From NCBI GenBank assembly GCA_964016885.1, contig OZ024740.1, positions 31,248,001 to 31,312,000 of the forward strand: DNA of 64,000 bases, read 5' to 3'. The translations under genes and the position numbers were made by a program. How positions within the stretch are numbered: the stretch's first letter is position 1; the number at the start of each line of letters is the position of its first letter. This document shows, piece by piece, positions 37,488 to 49,900 of the stretch. The notes beneath the pieces are model-generated. The model was not told the DNA's origin. It worked only from the letters and a program-made list of their open reading frames with translations, and ran no database searches. This DNA is from Eledone cirrhosa (Eukaryota).

Positions 37488-38306
37488 CTAGCAGAATGAC
37501 CCAGTGTTGCTCGGGATTCTAAACATAGATTGGCATGTTTATCCCTCCTATCTGAAACAGTACAGAGAAGTACGGAATACCTCGGCCTCAGGATGGTGTC
37601 TACATTTTGTGCTTCTAAAAAAAATTTGTCGTAGATTACCAGGGGTTTAACTAAATTGGGTGGCAATGAACAAAAAATAGCAAAGATAATACGTCAGCAA
37701 TGAGAACAATATTTTCTCTAGGGTTCTTATATATTTGATATATATTTATCCATATCGAGCCTCGTGAAATAAATACTTTTGTTTATATTTTGTTATAGTG
37801 TATGCAAAAATATCTGTACACGAATATATAATTATATATATATATTAAGATAACCGATTAAAGTTTAAGCAAAGAATCGCTGCTTTCACCCTTAACGGGA
37901 TCTTCTGAAACTAAAAAAATCAGTCTGTGAACGCAGAAGTAAATATTTTGAAAAACGTTACACTCTCTATATATATATATATATACACACTATATATACA
38001 GATATACACACACAGATAGCGAAGTCAATGTCGTAATGCAGACAGCCAGACATACAGATAGATATTATAAGGGCACAACGTTATATCTATGTATCTATCT
38101 AAAAATACAGACTAAGAAAGATAGAGAGAGATCGTTACCGGTGTCTAATGCGGTCCCTAGGGTATTGAAAATTTGAAATATTGTTGGCTCAAAACACTCA
38201 CACGACCATAAGTATTACATGTGTAAAGTTTGAAAAAAATCGGTTGGGTAGCTCTCGAGTTTTAGGGAGTCAGGCAGACAGACATTCTCTGTTTTAGATA
38301 TATAGA
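37488..38306 (-). mobile_element. Non-autonomous Helitron (family C)
   Basis: On -: 5' TCTATATATCTAAAACAGAGAATGTCTGTCTG; 3' CCCGAGCAACACTGGG hairpin then CTAG; flanked by A and T. Confidence 0.72.
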
Positions 38307-38309
38307 TTA

Positions 38310-38865
38310 CTAGCAGTGGTACCCGGCGTTGCACGGGATAAGGTATTTTGGAACGCGGGCCGCCATCAGACCTAATCGTGGAAAAACTGCATGCCTCGAC
38401 AATATATAAAGAAAATAAACTGAATACTCTGATGACTGGATAATCTTTAAGATTTTCCTCGATGAAGCAGGAATAATGCAGGTTTTCACCTAATGCGGGC
38501 CCTAGGGGATTAAGAAAATGAATTTTTTTTATGTGCCTTGAAATTTCAGGAAAATCGGCTAGACGTAACGCCTCAAAAAAGCCCTAAAAAGCTGAAAAAA
38601 AATCAAGTTTTTCCCCTAATGCGGACCCTAGGCCATAAAAAAGTTGGATTTTCTTTGCTCACAGTATGAAGAAGAGACTGACTAATACATAGTTACAATT
38701 TCAAGGAAACCGGTCTGACGTAACGCCTCAAAAAACCCATAAAAAGCTGAAAAAAACGCAGTTTTTCACCTAATGCGGGCCCTAGTTGATAAAAAAAATC
38801 GGTTGGGTACTTCTCGAGTTTTAGGGATTCAAAATGACAGACATCCTCAGTTTTATATATATAGA
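38310..38865 (-). mobile_element. Non-autonomous Helitron (family A), 3 nt from family C and about 400 bp upstream of XRN2
   Basis: Highly similar to 4782-5400; TC 5' end, CCCG..CGGG hairpin + CTAG 3' end; A|T target. Confidence 0.82.
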
Positions 38866-39165
38866 TAAGTGTGACTCGGCAGTTAAAAGAATCTGTTTTA
38901 TTTTACAGTTGGGTTACCATTATACATTCAAAACACTTCACTTCTTGCATTACTCACCTCATAAACTTAACACCTTATCTAAATAAATGATGTCAATAAG
39001 ATTTACAATAGAATTTTATTCGTAAATAAATTAAAATTAAATCAAAATAACTTTTTTACCCAATATATATTAAAATAAAGATTAATATATATGAATACAA
39101 ACCAAAATATAAACATTAATCACCAACAAAAACATTAAGAATATAATAATTGCTGCAGGATTTAA

Positions 39166-39196
39166 CGGAAGTTAGCCATATGCCGATACCGGAAAT
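39166..39196 (+). promoter_or_regulatory. Two ETS-like motifs (CGGAAGT, CCGGAAAT) about 75-105 nt upstream of the XRN2 ATG
   Basis: CpG-containing ETS cores in otherwise very AT-rich DNA; common in housekeeping promoters; motif match only. Confidence 0.35.
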
Positions 39197-39271
39197 GTAT
39201 AAACATCCATTGTTTATCGCAACTCCAACGTTGTGATTTATTTAGTCTGTTAAAGTGATTTTAAAACAAAC

Positions 39272-42046
39272 ATGGGAGTTCCGGCATTCTTCAGATGGCT
39301 TAGCCGTAAGTATACATCAATTGTTGTACATTGTGTGGAGGAGAAGCAAAAAGAAATTAATGGCACGAAAGTACCAATAGATTCTAGTCAACCGAATCCA
39401 AATGATGTTGAATTTGATAACCTATATTTAGATATGAACGGCATTATTCATCCTTGCTGCCATCCTGAAAACAAACCTGCTCCCGCAACTGAAGATGAAA
39501 TGATGATTGATATTTTTGAATATATCGATAGAATTTTTAACATTTGCCGACCACGTAAACTTTTGTATATGGCTATCGATGGTGTCGCACCACGTGCGAA
39601 GATGAACCAGCAGCGTTCGAGGAGATTTCGTTCTTCCAAAGAAGGAGTCGAATCCGAATCTGAGAAATCTAAAATACGGGATGAGATTTTATCAAAAGGC
39701 TACCATTTACCACCACCGAAAGAAAAGGGTGCACGATTCGATAGCAACTGTATTACTCCAGGTACTCCCTTCATGTTTCGACTTGCTGAATGCCTTCGCT
39801 ATTATGTTTACGATCGCTTAAATAATGAGCCAGGATGGGAAAACATCAAAGTTATTCTTTCTGACGCAAATGTCCCAGGGGAAGGAGAACATAAAATTAT
39901 GGATTTTATTCGCCGACAGAGAGCCCAACCCGACCACGATCCAAACACACACCACTGCCTGTGCGGAGCCGACGCTGATTTAATAATGTTGGGACTAGCA
40001 ACACACGAACCACATTTTACTATAATAAGAGAAGAATTCAAATATAATCAATCCAGACCGTGTGAGTTATGTGGACAGATAGGTCATGAAATGAAAGAAT
40101 GTATTGGCTTACCAAAAGAAGAATGTGAAAAACCAATTGAAAAAGTACTTGGTTCGGAACAAGAATTTATTTTTATTCGTCTGTGTGTATTAAGGGAGCA
40201 CTTACAAGAACAACTTCGTATGGATGGACTCCCTTTTAAGTATGACTTCGAACGGGCTGTCGATGACTGGGTCTTCATGTGCTTTTTCGTTGGTAATGAT
40301 TTCTTGCCTCATTTACCATCATTGGAAATCAGAGAGGGAGCTATCGACCGTCTTGTTGGCATTTATAAAAGATGTGTTTACAAAACTGGAGGGTATCTGA
40401 CCGAAGACGGTGTGGTAAAATTGGATCGAGTGCAGTTTGTAATGTCAGAATTAGGGAAAGTAGAGGATGAAATTTTCAAAAATCGCCGCCAAAAAGATCT
40501 CGAATTCCGGCGCCGAGATAAACAAAACAAACGTGCTAAATTTGATCAAAGACCAAAATGGATGCTGGCAGGACAATATACCCCATCAGCACCTGGAAAT
40601 AATAGGGACGCCATTCAAAATCCTCGCCAAACAGCAGCAGATATGCGTAAAATGACATATGGCGGTCCAAAACAGAATTACCCCGATAGTTCAGCAAGAA
40701 ATGAATCAGATCGATCCCAGGCTAACAAACGTAAGCACGAAGATGATGAAGACGACGAACCAGAGGATAATGTAAAGCTCTGGGAAAGTGGATGGAAGGA
40801 CAGGTATTACAAGTCAAAATTTGATGTTGATAAAGATGATACTGCATTTCGACATCAAGTTGCTAATCATTATGTACGTGGACTCTGCTGGGTCTTGAGG
40901 TACTATTATCAAGGGTGTGCCAGCTGGAAGTGGTATTTCCCATATCATTATGCACCATTTGCTTCGGATTTTTTAAACGTTGGTGATCTATCAAATGAAT
41001 TTGAAAAAAATACTGAACCATTTAAACCTTTGGAGCAGCTAATGGGGGTTTTCCCAGCTGCTAGTCGTCAATTTTTACCCGTTACCTGGCAGCGATTAAT
41101 GATTGATGAGGATTCTCCAATTATTGATTTTTATCCCACTGATTTTAAAGTTGATCTTAATGGCAAGAAATATGCCTGGCAAGGAGTTGCTCTTCTTCCT
41201 TTTGTAGATGAAGTTAGGCTTAAAAAAGCTCTTAGCACTGTTTATGATGACCTTACAAGTGAGGAAAAACTTAGAAATACTAGAGGCAATGATCGTTTGT
41301 TTGTTGGTTGTAAAAATCCAGTTCATAGTTTCTTTGATTCTTTATATGAGAAAAATCACTATAGTGTGAAGTCACAGATGAACCCAAAGTTAACTGATGG
41401 AATGGCAGGTACTGTTTGGTGTGACAATACTGCTGTTCTACCAGAGCACACTTATTTCTCACCTCTTAGGCAATTGAAAGATTTTAAAAACCAAGCATTG
41501 AGTGTATATTTTTGTGACCCACAATATGGTAACAACTATTTGTTTTCTGCTCAAACTTTACCAAATGCTGTTTTCCCACCACCAACAGTCAAACCATCTG
41601 ACTTCAATAAAAGAAACCGCAATCAACCATATCGACCTCAGTTAGGTTTTCAAAGAAACTCTGGGTATCGCGAAACTGATGTTGGCGCAATGGTACGTAT
41701 GATACGGCACAGTACCAATCAACCAAATCAGCCTGCGCAACAGAGCTACAGCGGGGATGTGAGTGGTGGTGGTGCTATGATACCGCCACCGTTGGAATTG
41801 TACCATCAAGGCAGAAATTATAACAATCAACCTCCTATGTTGAATTGGGGCAATGATGGTTATGACAACAACAGTGGTTACTCTGGAAATCGTTATGGAG
41901 GCTATAGACAACAGAACAGAGGTGGTGGATATAACAGAAGATTTAATAATCCACGAGGAGGTGGAAACTATGGTTACAACCAAAATCAGAACAGGAGTGG
42001 GTGGTCTGATCAATATAGAGGCAATGACTCCAGATCATACAAATAA
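39272..42046 (+). CDS. XRN2: 5'-3' exoribonuclease 2 (Rat1), single-exon 924-aa ORF
   Basis: MGVPAFFRWLSRKY start; catalytic motifs NLYLDMNGIIH, AIDGVAPRAKMNQQRSRRF, PGEGEHKI, GADADLIML, GNDFLPH; XRN2-type CCHC knuckle CELCGQIGHEMKEC; G/N/R/Y-rich tail; no stops or frameshifts. Confidence 0.98.
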   Translation: MGVPAFFRWLSRKYTSIVVHCVEEKQKEINGTKVPIDSSQPNPNDVEFDNLYLDMNGIIHPCCHPENKPAPATEDEMMIDIFEYIDRIFNICRPRKLLYMAIDGVAPRAKMNQQRSRRFRSSKEGVESESEKSKIRDEILSKGYHLPPPKEKGARFDSNCITPGTPFMFRLAECLRYYVYDRLNNEPGWENIKVILSDANVPGEGEHKIMDFIRRQRAQPDHDPNTHHCLCGADADLIMLGLATHEPHFTIIREEFKYNQSRPCELCGQIGHEMKECIGLPKEECEKPIEKVLGSEQEFIFIRLCVLREHLQEQLRMDGLPFKYDFERAVDDWVFMCFFVGNDFLPHLPSLEIREGAIDRLVGIYKRCVYKTGGYLTEDGVVKLDRVQFVMSELGKVEDEIFKNRRQKDLEFRRRDKQNKRAKFDQRPKWMLAGQYTPSAPGNNRDAIQNPRQTAADMRKMTYGGPKQNYPDSSARNESDRSQANKRKHEDDEDDEPEDNVKLWESGWKDRYYKSKFDVDKDDTAFRHQVANHYVRGLCWVLRYYYQGCASWKWYFPYHYAPFASDFLNVGDLSNEFEKNTEPFKPLEQLMGVFPAASRQFLPVTWQRLMIDEDSPIIDFYPTDFKVDLNGKKYAWQGVALLPFVDEVRLKKALSTVYDDLTSEEKLRNTRGNDRLFVGCKNPVHSFFDSLYEKNHYSVKSQMNPKLTDGMAGTVWCDNTAVLPEHTYFSPLRQLKDFKNQALSVYFCDPQYGNNYLFSAQTLPNAVFPPPTVKPSDFNKRNRNQPYRPQLGFQRNSGYRETDVGAMVRMIRHSTNQPNQPAQQSYSGDVSGGGAMIPPPLELYHQGRNYNNQPPMLNWGNDGYDNNSGYSGNRYGGYRQQNRGGGYNRRFNNPRGGGNYGYNQNQNRSGWSDQYRGNDSRSYK

Positions 42047-43161
42047 TTTCCCTTATTTTGAGACAATTTTATCAATTGAAGATGTATTATTTGGTGATCC
42101 ATTTATATTTCAGAACATTTATTCAGCATTTTAAAAAGATTTATTTGTGTATCATATAGTGGCTCCATTTTTTTTGCAGAGCATTATTTTGAGAAAAGAA
42201 AATTTAAAACAAAATAGTCTAGGATAAAACATGAGTTGGGTGTTCTCATCAGTACTGTTTCATATGATTTTAGATGCCTCGTCCATAGTTATTGTTTGGA
42301 TAGGTGCCACAGTTGACATTAAAAGGGCATTTAATTATAAAAATATATTTACTTCAGAAGTTAATGTAGTAGCATAAAACTTGTTAACATGATTAAATGT
42401 CTAAGATGAAATTGTTAATATAGATTATAATTTCGGATGCTATTAACTTCCATCTTTAAAGATGACGTATTTTTGAATACATACATTGAAGTCAGTATGA
42501 TCTCAGATTGTCATCAGGTGTCTTATTCCTGGATATGTACATAATATTGGATTTGAACTAGGAAACTATTTCTAAATTAATTGTAGTAATGCTCTTATTC
42601 ACTATGCTGTGTTCATATCCCGACCAGAGATAAAATCGATTGAAATGTAGTGTAGATATTTTCATTTCTAAAGAAGTAAAAAAAAAATTATATCCGTATT
42701 TAAAATAACTTGCCATCGACATTTAAATATTTTACAGAAATTATAAATCATATTGTAAAAAAAAAAAGTTTTTATATAATCTTGTCTTTGTTAATGCAAA
42801 AGTATCCCATAGCATATATTTATATCATTTGATTAATTGCCATGCTAGGTGATGAAATATCAGTTTAGCAGGTTTGAAAGTGAGGGTCTATTTGGATCAA
42901 ATATTAGCTTTCATCACAGGCAGTAAGGTGTTTTGACAGGTGCACTTCAGTATTTAGTTTGGTGATTGCATTGATTTTGAGTTGCTCGAAGATTATTAAA
43001 ATAAAACTAACAGTATGGTGGAGTAAATTGACTATATAACTACACCCTCTTATAAAAAAAAGAAATCAATTAATTTTTCATCATGAAGTCATAAAAGATG
43101 TTATATTTTTCTTGGTCACTTTAATGTTTGTTATTCATGTTGTGACTTTTTAGTTTAGGTT

Positions 43162-43348
43162 GGTGGATTGGCAGTATCGGTAGAGGGTCGGACGCCATGC
43201 TTTCCAGCATAGTTACGTCCCTTTACGGTCTGAGTTCAAATCCCGCCGAGGTTGACTTTGCCTTTCATCCTTACGGGGTCGATAAAATAAAGTACCAGTA
43301 ATACACTGGGTAATTGCTGGCCTTGTGCCTAAAGTAGAAACAATTATA
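43162..43348 (+). mobile_element. Second tRNA-derived SINE family (Meta/Sauria-like central domain); other copies about 2541-2720(-), 4190-4365(-), 4380-4575(-), 13945-14130(-), 15185-15320, 16785-16945, 44928-45108, 46490-46635(-), 50123-50230, 59899-60092, 62690-62800(-)
   Basis: TGGCAGTATCGG A-box-like and GAGTTCAAATCC B box; shared core GCCTTTCATCCTTACGGGGTCGATAAAATAAAGTACCAG; short (ATT)n tail; superfamily name from memory. Confidence 0.8.
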
Positions 43349-43768
43349 ATACATATAATTTTTATTTTGAAGAATCTTCATTTACTTTTATTTTAAATTG
43401 ATTTTGCAATAAACAATGAGAAATTCTTCAAACCACTCTTGAAAAAGATTGAAGATAATTGTATTTTCTGGTTTCATTGATAAATAAAAATAATTCTAAT
43501 AATAGGAGAACTCTTTGTAAAAAGAACATGCAGCCTATTCTCCAATTGTTAGAAATTAATCAAATTTTAGTAGACAATTTTTATTTGTGATGTGATAAAA
43601 TTGTTAAGGGACAATTTTGAATATATAAAATATAAGAAAACTAACATTTTAACCAATTATAAAAGTACATAAATAACTAAAGATATTTAGAAACAAATTT
43701 ATTTGCCCCATGGATCGTATTTTAGGGGTGAAAAAAAACTAAGTAATATTTGGTCTATATTTCTGTTT

Positions 43769-43871
43769 TCATAAATCCTTTCTTACACCAAAGCCTGGTC
43801 CTGGAGGTGCGGAAGTTAAACAAGTTAGTCCACCTTTTGGTTCACAAGAAAAGCGATGTCCTTGACCACTT
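43769..43871 (-). CDS. NDUFV2: NDUFV2 exon 9 (last coding exon)
   Basis: tttcag acceptor; [33 protein letters not shown] then TGA; the 9 exons sum to 753 nt = 250 aa + stop. Confidence 0.95.
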
Positions 43872-44567
43872 CTGAAACAAAGCATTTTACAATGTATAAT
43901 TTTCTAGATACTGACAAAACTGGAACTTAATGTATATAACTATTTAAACTTAGTAATGAAGAGATTTGTTTTACATTGAATAGTCAGTCCAAATGCTTAA
44001 ACAAAACCATAGAATAGAGATATGTTCCATCTAGATTGGTATTTGGGTTATGTATCATGATTTAATAGGCAATGGATTGAGTATATAGTAAGTTCCATGT
44101 TTTATTCTTTGGGTAATTAACTGATTCTACAAATGTTAAAACAATCTCGTGTGAGTGAGTGGTTGGATATGTAAATTTGAGATTGCACTAAAAGGCATTT
44201 TGTCTAGTGCTTTGCCAATTCTATCATCCATTGTTAACATATTTGAGAATACTTTGATGAAGGTAAAAGGGGGAAAATGGGAAAATTTACTGAATAAGTT
44301 AGGCTTTATTTGCATTATTCATCCACAAATTCCAAAGACATTTTTAGACAACAAATTGATTATTGAAGCCAGTTCTTTCACTGGACTGGGCATGCTGAAT
44401 CACCACTTTATAAGGTTTAGTTCATTAACCTTTTAGCATTTACATTACCCTATATATACTATTGTATTTTCATAAGGCTTTATCTCATATAATATTGTAT
44501 CTATGAGATTTTGATATTCACGTAAACAATGAATGATTTAATGAATGTAAGGGAAATAAAAACTTAC

Positions 44568-44644
44568 TGTGGTCCTGCTTTGGGCTTTTTACCAGCTTTG
44601 ATGTCATCCAAAATTCTGTTTATGTCTTCAACAGTTAAATCTTC
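44568..44644 (-). CDS. NDUFV2: NDUFV2 exon 8
   Basis: atacag acceptor; EDLTVEDINRILDDIKAGKKPKAGP(Q); GTAAG donor. Confidence 0.95.
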
Positions 44645-45397
44645 CTGTATTCAACATTAAGTTATTCAGACATTAATGTGATGTATTATTAATATTTCAT
44701 TAAACACAAAGCCAATACTTTCATGACTAATCCCTTTGATATCAACCCACCTGAGAAAGACTCTTTGGCTCTGATATAAAACCATTTATTTTAAAATATC
44801 ATGATCTTATGTTGTTGCATTCCATATTCTTATTTTTGATGCACAATGAATTTGACAAATTATGCAATAAACTAATAAGTAAGGACCTTTATTGAGTTAC
44901 GTTCCAACACCAGTTTAATAATAGTTATTGGCAGTATCAGTAGAGGGTCAGACGCCATGCTTTGCAGCATAGTTACAGCCCTTTATGATCTGAGTTCAAA
45001 TCCTGCTGAGGTTAAGTTTGCCTTTCATCCTTATGGTTTCGATAAAACAAAGCACCAGTAATGCACTGGGATAATTGCTGGCTTTGTACCAAAAGTAGAA
45101 ACAATTATTATGGTAGTCTTTCAAATTCCCAATTATTTTAACACATGAAATATGGTCAGGAAAAGGTTATTTCTAATAAATACTCTGTCACTTCAGTCTA
45201 TTCTGAACTATTATCAATGAATGGTTCAATACAAAATCTGTGGTTGGTTTCAAATTTATGAACTTTATAACAGACTAGTACTAGGCATTTCTCAGCAATA
45301 GAAATATGAGGTTTATGAATTTAATTGTGTTGTGTTTTGTTAGTTGAAAAGTAACACAACACAGCTAATATTTACATGGGGAGAGAACAATACTTAC

Positions 45398-45507
45398 ATA
45401 ATAATCATCATTGATTTGCACCATTGGAGCATTTATACAAGCTCCAAGACATTCTACTTCTGCAAGCGTAAACATATCATCTGCAGTAGTTTCACCAACA
45501 GCAATAC
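45398..45507 (-). CDS. NDUFV2: NDUFV2 exon 7
   Basis: tttag acceptor; [36 protein letters not shown]; second cysteine pair CLGAC; GTAAG donor. Confidence 0.96.
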
Positions 45508-46303
45508 CTAAACAAGTACGAAAGGAAACAAAGACTTACAATTTTGAGATTTAATAAAGAGTTTCAATAAGTTTCTTAATTCCATTCTAATGATTTTTGT
45601 CGAAGCAAATGTTGCTATAGAGACAGAGGTACCACTGGAGTGTGTAGACCATACTTCATGACTTGCAAATCATTACTAAGTATTCTGTATAGTCCAGTAT
45701 AGGAGGAGACTCATAGAGGCAGTGACACCATCATACTGCACTAGATAATACCACTGATATAGGTATGCTTTTCTGACTACAGTTTTGCTTCTCAGTCTAA
45801 TAGAGAACAAGTTCAAATTCTACTTCATGATCAAGTCTTTGTCATTATTATTGTTTTTACAATGTTTTACAACTGTATGCCTTTCCTGACATTAACCATT
45901 TTAGTCGCTTCTTACGATATATAGGGATATGCTGTACTTATACACACAGCCTGATCAGTAGAAGTTCAATCAATTCTTTCAGTTGCAATTCATCCCATAT
46001 ATTCTAGAATGAAAATTATACAGTTTGTTTTGTTTTAAATTCAATTTAATAAAGTTTTCACATTATAAATGGATTATTTTAAACCTTAACCCTTTAGTAT
46101 TTAAACTGGCCAGAATTCTCTCAGCTCTTTCTGTTCAAACCGGCTGTAACCAGCCACTCATACTGATAAGGTGTTTCTCTCAAAATAAATATCAAAATCT
46201 CATAGATTCAATATTATGTGAGATAAAGCCTTTACTGTGAAAATATAATAAATAGTATATAGAGAGTAATGTAAATGCTAAAGGGTTAATGATGCAAACT
46301 TAC

Positions 46304-46407
46304 CAAGATTTTTCTTTATGGCATCAAGAATTAAATCAGAGCCAATGCCTCCCAGCATACAGGGTGTTGTGGTACATATCTGAACAAAATTCTTACCCAC
46401 TGGTTCT
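46304..46407 (-). CDS. NDUFV2: NDUFV2 exon 6
   Basis: tttcag acceptor; [34 protein letters not shown](G); first two [2Fe-2S] cysteines CTTTPC; GTAAG donor. Confidence 0.95.
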
Positions 46408-47984
46408 CTGAAACAAGAATATTAGAGTTTCTAGAGAAAACGTGAAACACATATAACTTACATTTTGAATGAAATGAAAATTTCTAATTTAAGCACAAGG
46501 CCAGCAATTTTGAGGGTTGGGGTAAGTTAATATCGACCCCAGTGCTTGACTTGTACTTTTATCCACCTCAGAAGGATGAAAGCAAAGAGCTGTAACTAAA
46601 TACCACAAAGTATTCTGTCTAGTGTTTTCTACCAATTCATGTTTAGTTGCTTGTATAAAACTTTGAAATTATTTTAATTTTGAAGAGATTTTTAGCAGAT
46701 GATATTCAATCTTTATATAATTTCAACAAAGAATTAAATTTTAGGAGTTTATTGTGTTAATATTCTGAGCCAAAGACTCGAATAACCCTGGCATAGAGAG
46801 TCAAGACGATTTACTCAACAAAGATTCTAAATTCTTTTGAGGGTGAGCAGTAAAATCATATCTTTAAATTTATTGTAAAGTTTTTACAATACATTTTCAA
46901 CAGTTTTTGTGTGATGTAGTGAGTAAGCTGAAACTTTGAAGTAACTATCACTTTTCTACTTAAAAAATGTCTTTCTACACCCTACCTACCAGTATTAAGT
47001 GTTCATTCAGTTAATGTTTGAATATTTTAAATAATACAGTAGTTAAAACACGTACTCTAATATTATAGCTAACATCTAAGGTAAACAATCTCCAAATGTT
47101 AATTGCCACTAAAAAAAAAAATGCAGCAACATCAAATCCACTTCTCAATGAAGAATATTCCTATGCCTTCCAAAATCAAGGGCAGCCAGATGAAGTGACC
47201 AAGCTGAAACTTCAAAGTCATTGTATCTTTTCTAGATGCTACCTACTAGCATCGAGTGCTTATATGATATTTTAAACACACATACACATAGATAATATTT
47301 CTGTGTTCTTTATTTGCTAAACAATTTCACTTTTCCACCTTCTTCGCCCACCTATTCCTGAGGGTCAGAAGCGACTGATCTGGTTGGATCCCCAAGCGTG
47401 ACCGGCCAAGCTCATGGATGTTATCCAACCATCTTGATCTGTGTCTCTTGCTGGTTGGTTTTGCCCATAAAATCTGTCCAGCGCTTCTTTCCTGAGAAAT
47501 TTTAACTATGATCTCTCAATCCGGAGAAGTAGCAGCTCTTACTAACCAACCTCCGATATAATGGAGAGATAAGGCTTCTTAGCCACGGTGAAGGTGACTC
47601 ATCTCAGAAGTTGAGCACCATGATCAAACCCCAAAATATATCACATGGAGGAGACAGGGACTTTGCAAGTTCCAGCAAAGACACACCAACCAGAATAAAC
47701 ACTGACATAGAGTAGAGGGGACACGTTAGTCATGGTGGCATGATCAAATGTAAAGTTGCTGGCAATATAAAGAGCACTTAGTTATAAAAAAAAAACAAGA
47801 CTCACACAATCTGAGAACATAGCCAACTGCATCAAAAGAACTAACACTTAGCATGTTTATTCTGCATACTGTAGTGAAATAGCTAGATGTGAGAACTCCT
47901 TCAAGTGTCAGCAAGCAATCCCACTACAACCAATTCTTTCAGGTGTAAACATTTACCAAGCAGCCAACCCACCACTAGTAGAAA

Positions 47985-48660
47985 CCCTTCATAGAACTTT
48001 AGGGTCGCTACCATTAATGTTGGCATGATGTAAGGTAGATCAGAAGATATTATAGGGATGTTAGAGTAGAGGCGATTAGATAAGTGCTGTGTACAAGAGA
48101 GAGAAGCTCAGCAAGACTCTTCACAAATGAGGAACATAGATACAAATTCTTTTGGGTGAATAATAGCCCTGGAGTGAGGTAGGTAGGAATATTGTTAGAG
48201 AAATGGATAGGTGCACTGAGGTATGCAATAAAATAATTAAGCTTAAACCAGTCATAGATAGTATGATCACAACAGTCAAGGTTTTTTCAATGAGATTCTT
48301 TTTTTAGACTACTTTGAAAATGGGTGAAAGCAACTTCATTGGGGACTTCAACCAATAATATATTGGACAACATTACGATAAGTACTTTGATGTACATAAA
48401 GGATATTAATATTGTGCCAGAACTGAAGAAACAATACGAGTTTTGTGATGTAAATGACCTAATCATTTATAACACATATTTCAGAAAGCTGACAAGCCAT
48501 CTGATCACCTACCACTCAGGAAAGTACATGAGCAGCATCGACTTCATTCTCACCAAGAAGTGGGATTGGCAGTTAATTACCAATGCTTAATCTCTTCCCA
48601 GTGAAGAGTGTACTACTCAATATTGTCTAGTAATTTATTGATCTCAGGATAAGAGCTAGA
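47985..48660 (+). mobile_element. Old degenerate RTE endonuclease fragment
   Basis: EFCDVNDLIIYNTYFRKLTSHLITYHSGKYMSSIDFILT aligns with the RTE EN C-terminus. Confidence 0.75.
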
Positions 48661-48859
48661 TGCTCTGCTGTTTATGTAATATGTGTGTGTATGAATAACA
48701 GTGCAAGTGTGAGAGACACTACTGCAAAAGACCTATACATGCATAGAAACAGGCATAAAATGATGATGATGATAATGGTAAGTAGTGGTATAATGAAATG
48801 TTATATTTGATGTTTGGTGACCATAATTGCATAATTTTCAGCATATTTAAGGCTATTTA

Positions 48860-48988
<129 letters not shown>

Positions 48989-49812
48989 TTACATAAGGTA
49001 TATTTTGTAAAACACAGCTTTGAAAAGTTTGCTCTTCATTCCTTATTAGGTGTCATTTGGTATTTTTAAATATTGGACTGCCATTACATTAGTATTAATA
49101 ACCCATTAAAGAATTAAGGCATTTGATTAATTATTTTATTTTATCCAGTAGTATTAATAACATTTTAACAGAAACTTACATAGAAAGTTTCTAGTGTGAG
49201 GAAAATAAAACTGCCATCTTTTCCAATGATGGACAATTTCAGATGAGTTGACAAACAAAAGGTCAAGAGGACTCCAGTTGTGTCAATGGATATGACAACC
49301 TCCCTAGTATTGGTCATCTACACAATAAAATGCACCTGGTACACTTTTAAAGCGGTTGGTGATAGGAATGGCATCCTGCCATAGGAAACCTGTCCAACAA
49401 AAGGTCAGGAGTACTTTTCAGCTATGTCAATAAATATGGCAACCCCTCTAGTGTTGGTGTCAGGATAAAATACACTTGGAAAAGTGCAAGAAGGATAAAA
49501 TACACTTGGAAAAGTGCATGTAAGCGAGGTGTTAGTCCCTGACCTGTCTGAACACTTGATGGCATGCAAGATGTAGGCTCTCAGTCCATCTGAGTTCTGA
49601 CTTGATCTGTGCTAGCAAGTGTGTCAACTGGATGTTGACTCATGTGGGTATGTGATGAATACGACAATTGAATGGGGGAGGAATACATGTTCAAATCTGA
49701 GCAAAATATGTGTCCAGAAAATGTTTTGAATTCAGCACATCTCAAAATCTCTGAATCTACCTACAAATTGGAAATATCAAAACAAAATATATTTTTAAAT
49801 ATTTCTACCTAC

Positions 49813-49900
49813 CATATTGCCTCTGAGCAAGATCCAGAAGAGGTATAAGAGCTGCAGACTTATGTGCCTCAGGGTAGTTGGAAATTATGGCATCAGCTCT
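49813..49900 (-). CDS. NDUFV2: NDUFV2 exon 4
   Basis: cttcag acceptor; [29 protein letters not shown](G); GTAGG donor. Confidence 0.95.

Noticed and set aside
42760-43065. A-runs as a poly(A) scar of the XRN2 retrocopy
   Set aside because: Short A-runs are common in this AT-rich DNA and no matching TSD was found upstream
46304-46379. Shorter NDUFV2 exon 6 starting at an internal TTCAG acceptor
   Set aside because: Phase-incompatible with exon 5; the upstream acceptor at 46408-46409 restores the conserved [14 protein letters not shown]
49462-49518. About 30-bp direct duplication (AGGATAAAATACACTTGGAAAAGTGCA x2)
   Set aside because: Simple local slippage inside an old repeat; no further structure
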